DNA of 64,000 nucleotides from Calditrichia bacterium (GTDB lineage Bacteria; Calditrichota; Calditrichia; RBG-13-44-9; J075): NCBI GenBank assembly GCA_050633245.1, contig JBOEGD010000002.1, positions 23,006 to 87,005 of the forward strand, read 5' to 3'. Shown piece by piece: positions 61,906 to 64,000 of this stretch (position 1 is its first letter; each line of letters starts with the position of its first letter). The notes under the pieces were generated by a model. It saw only the letters and a program-made list of their open reading frames with translations, ran no database searches and was not told where the DNA came from. The position numbers and the translations under genes were made by a program.

Positions 61906-62715
61906 TCAATCTTTAAAAACGGGCTTGCGCTTTTCCATATTCGCCTGAAAAGCTTCCATCAGGTCGTCGGAAAGCAGCATTGAGGCGTTCCAGGCCACCA
62001 TATAGTTTAGCGACTCGTCCACGCTATGGTCACGCGTATAGAGCAATATTTCTTTGGTTCCACGGATGCAAAGTGGCGATTTGGCAGCAATCGTTGCAGC
62101 AATCCCGGTAACATCTGCCATCATCGCTTCCTTGTTTGCATAGACACGATTCACCAGGCCAATATCCTTTGCCTCTTTGCCATCTACATTGCGCCCGGTA
62201 TAGGCCATTTCTGCCGCCATTCCCGGAGAAATAATTTTAGGAAGTCTCTGCAGAGTACCGATATCAGCGACTAAACCAAGATCAATTTCCTTGATGCAGA
62301 AATAAGCATCTTCCGTACAGTAGCGCATATCGCATGCGGCAACAATATCAACTGCGCCACCAATACATCCTTTGTGGATAGCGGCGAGCACCGGCTTACG
62401 ACAATTTTCAATCGCAGTAATAGCGTGTTGAAGTTTGAAGATAAACTCCCGGATCTTTTCGCGTTTTCTGCCTTCACATGTAATGCTCTGATACTTCTGC
62501 ATATCCATCAAAACGGATAGATCAATTCCGGCGCAGAAATGTTTTCCCTCACCACTGAGAACAATTGCCCGCACGCTGCTATCTTCGTGAAGCGCCTCGA
62601 AAACGGCCTTTAGCTCTTCCCAGGCCTTTACATGAAGCGAGTTTGCCTTCTCGGGACGGTTGAATGCAACCTGAGCAATATGGTTTTCTATGGTAACTGA
62701 AAATGATTCATACAT
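61906..62715 (-). CDS. crotonase family, delta3,5-delta2,4-dienoyl-CoA isomerase-like
   Basis: FCAGID, GGAVD, KEIDLGLVADIGTLQRLP. Confidence 0.9.
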   Translation of the reverse strand: MYESFSVTIENHIAQVAFNRPEKANSLHVKAWEELKAVFEALHEDSSVRAIVLSGEGKHFCAGIDLSVLMDMQKYQSITCEGRKREKIREFIFKLQHAITAIENCRKPVLAAIHKGCIGGAVDIVAACDMRYCTEDAYFCIKEIDLGLVADIGTLQRLPKIISPGMAAEMAYTGRNVDGKEAKDIGLVNRVYANKEAMMADVTGIAATIAAKSPLCIRGTKEILLYTRDHSVDESLNYMVAWNASMLLSDDLMEAFQANMEKRKPVFKD

Positions 62716-62719
62716 GGTC

Positions 62720-63709
62720 TTATCCCTCTTCATTCATCACAATAATGGCCTTGCCCATCACCTGTCGCTTCGTCATATCAATTAAAGCCTGAGGCGCATT
62801 GGCGAGTGGGTATTTCTTATGGATATGCGGTTTTATTTTTCCCTCAGAAAAGAGCTGCAGCAATTCTATGCTATTCTTCATACCGTTTCCAGGCTCATGC
62901 TTCATCATAAAATCACCAAAGAAAACTCCGACAATTTCGCAACCTTTCAACAGCGCCAGATTTAAAGGGATTTTCGGAATATCACCCGCTGCAAACCCAA
63001 CGACTAAAAAGCGGCCTTTCCACGCCATTGTTCGCAGTGCAGCTTCGGAATATTCGCCACCAACCGGATCGTAAACAACATCTACACCTTTACCATCAGT
63101 TAGCGCCTTAACGCGACTCTTTAAATCTTCGGACGAATAGTTGATTATTTCATCTGCCCCATACTGTTTACATAGCTCCAGCTTCTCAGGAGTAGACGCA
63201 GCAGCAATTACCCGCGCGCCCATCATCTTGCCCAATTCAACCGCAGTTAGCCCAACCCCGCCGGACGCGCCAAGAACCAGCAGCGTTTCGCCGGGCTGAA
63301 TTTTTGCACGATCTTTCAGCGCATGATAGGATGTGCCATAAGCCAGCATAAATGACGCGGCCGTAACGAAATCCATTCCATCGGGTACTGGAAAGCAGCT
63401 CTTTTCATCAATAAGGACCTCTTCAGCAAAGCCACCATAGATAACAACGCCGAAAACGCGGTCACCCATTTTATAGCGTGTTACCCCCTCCCCTACTTCT
63501 TTAACGATTCCGGCAACATCACCACCGGGTGAAAACGGTGGTTCGGGACGAAACTGATACTTTCCCTGAATTATCAGCGTATCCGGGAAATTAACACCGC
63601 ATGCTTTCAGCTCAAGCAGAAGCTGCCCGGCAGCGGGTTTGGGAGACGGAATATCTTCAAGTACCAAAGATTCTGGCGGACCATAAGATTTACAAAGAAC
63701 AGCTTTCAT
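62720..63709 (-). CDS. NADPH:quinone oxidoreductase (MDR family)
   Basis: GVNFPD, GASGGVG, VVYDPVGG. Confidence 0.92.
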   Translation of the reverse strand: MKAVLCKSYGPPESLVLEDIPSPKPAAGQLLLELKACGVNFPDTLIIQGKYQFRPEPPFSPGGDVAGIVKEVGEGVTRYKMGDRVFGVVIYGGFAEEVLIDEKSCFPVPDGMDFVTAASFMLAYGTSYHALKDRAKIQPGETLLVLGASGGVGLTAVELGKMMGARVIAAASTPEKLELCKQYGADEIINYSSEDLKSRVKALTDGKGVDVVYDPVGGEYSEAALRTMAWKGRFLVVGFAAGDIPKIPLNLALLKGCEIVGVFFGDFMMKHEPGNGMKNSIELLQLFSEGKIKPHIHKKYPLANAPQALIDMTKRQVMGKAIIVMNEEG

Positions 63710-63752
63710 TGTGATCTCAAATTTCGTTTAAAACTTTCACTTAATTTAGTCT

Positions 63753-63822
63753 TGTCACATCGAGCGGAGTCGAGGTGCCTTAAAAATAATCACAAGGGCT
63801 TCCACTTCGCTCAATCGGACAG
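63753..63822. repeat. REP-like element (same family as 45026-45091)
   Basis: TGTCACATCGAGCGGAGTCGAGGTGC...CACTTCGCTCAATCGGACA. Confidence 0.7.
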
Positions 63823-63865
63823 CTTTTTGCATCGCCTTTTAGTCTATTTATACTGGTCGAGCAGC

Positions 63866-64000
63866 TTATGAAAAAATTTCCTGTAGCTTCATCGCGGCAC
63901 TCATGTCACCATCAATATTTACGCGTCCGCCCATTACGGCAGAAATCGGATTCAGGTCCCCACCCATCATTTCACCGAGCGTTGCCATATCCGTGGTGAT
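63866..64000 (-). CDS. SCP2 sterol-binding domain protein (3' part, truncated by window edge)
   Basis: manual translation ITTDMATLGEMMGGDLNPISAVMGGRVNIDGDMSAAMKLQEIFS*. Confidence 0.8.
   Translation of the reverse strand: MTTDMATLGEMMGGDLNPISAVMGGRVNIDGDMSAAMKLQEIFS

Overview
Bacterial chromosomal window. The 'NYPNPFNPTT' C-terminal sorting domains and the gene content suggest an FCB-superphylum lineage such as Calditrichota/KSB1; this assignment is an inference. Most of the window is housekeeping or catabolic: peptidases, a 2-oxoacid dehydrogenase E1/E2 pair, groES-groEL with a CIRCE-like site, a split saccharopine lysine-degradation pathway, eno-ftsB, uvrC and a fatty-acid beta-oxidation cluster. 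There are two accessory regions. (i) About 9.7-23.7 kb holds large secreted proteins (M6 metalloprotease, AA10 LPMO), a deletion-fused pseudogene, a minimal tyrosine recombinase with dif/res-like sites, and an AraC/SnoaL cassette. (ii) 53.0-58.0 kb holds a three-gene immune-like module: EAD8-CHAT-TIR(dead), EAD8-NACHT-DUF1566 and TIR-DUF1566. It appears wired by homotypic domain pairs, and its two C-type-lectin ends carry DGR variable-region signatures plus a shared 78-nt downstream cis element. Non-coding highlights are two 3'-UTR arrays of CsrA-type CANGGAUG motifs, a structured RNA carrying a long complement of the 16S rRNA 3' end, a sigma54-type candidate sRNA, REP-like palindromes and octamer tandem repeats. 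No rRNA, tRNA, CRISPR array or reverse transcriptase was seen.
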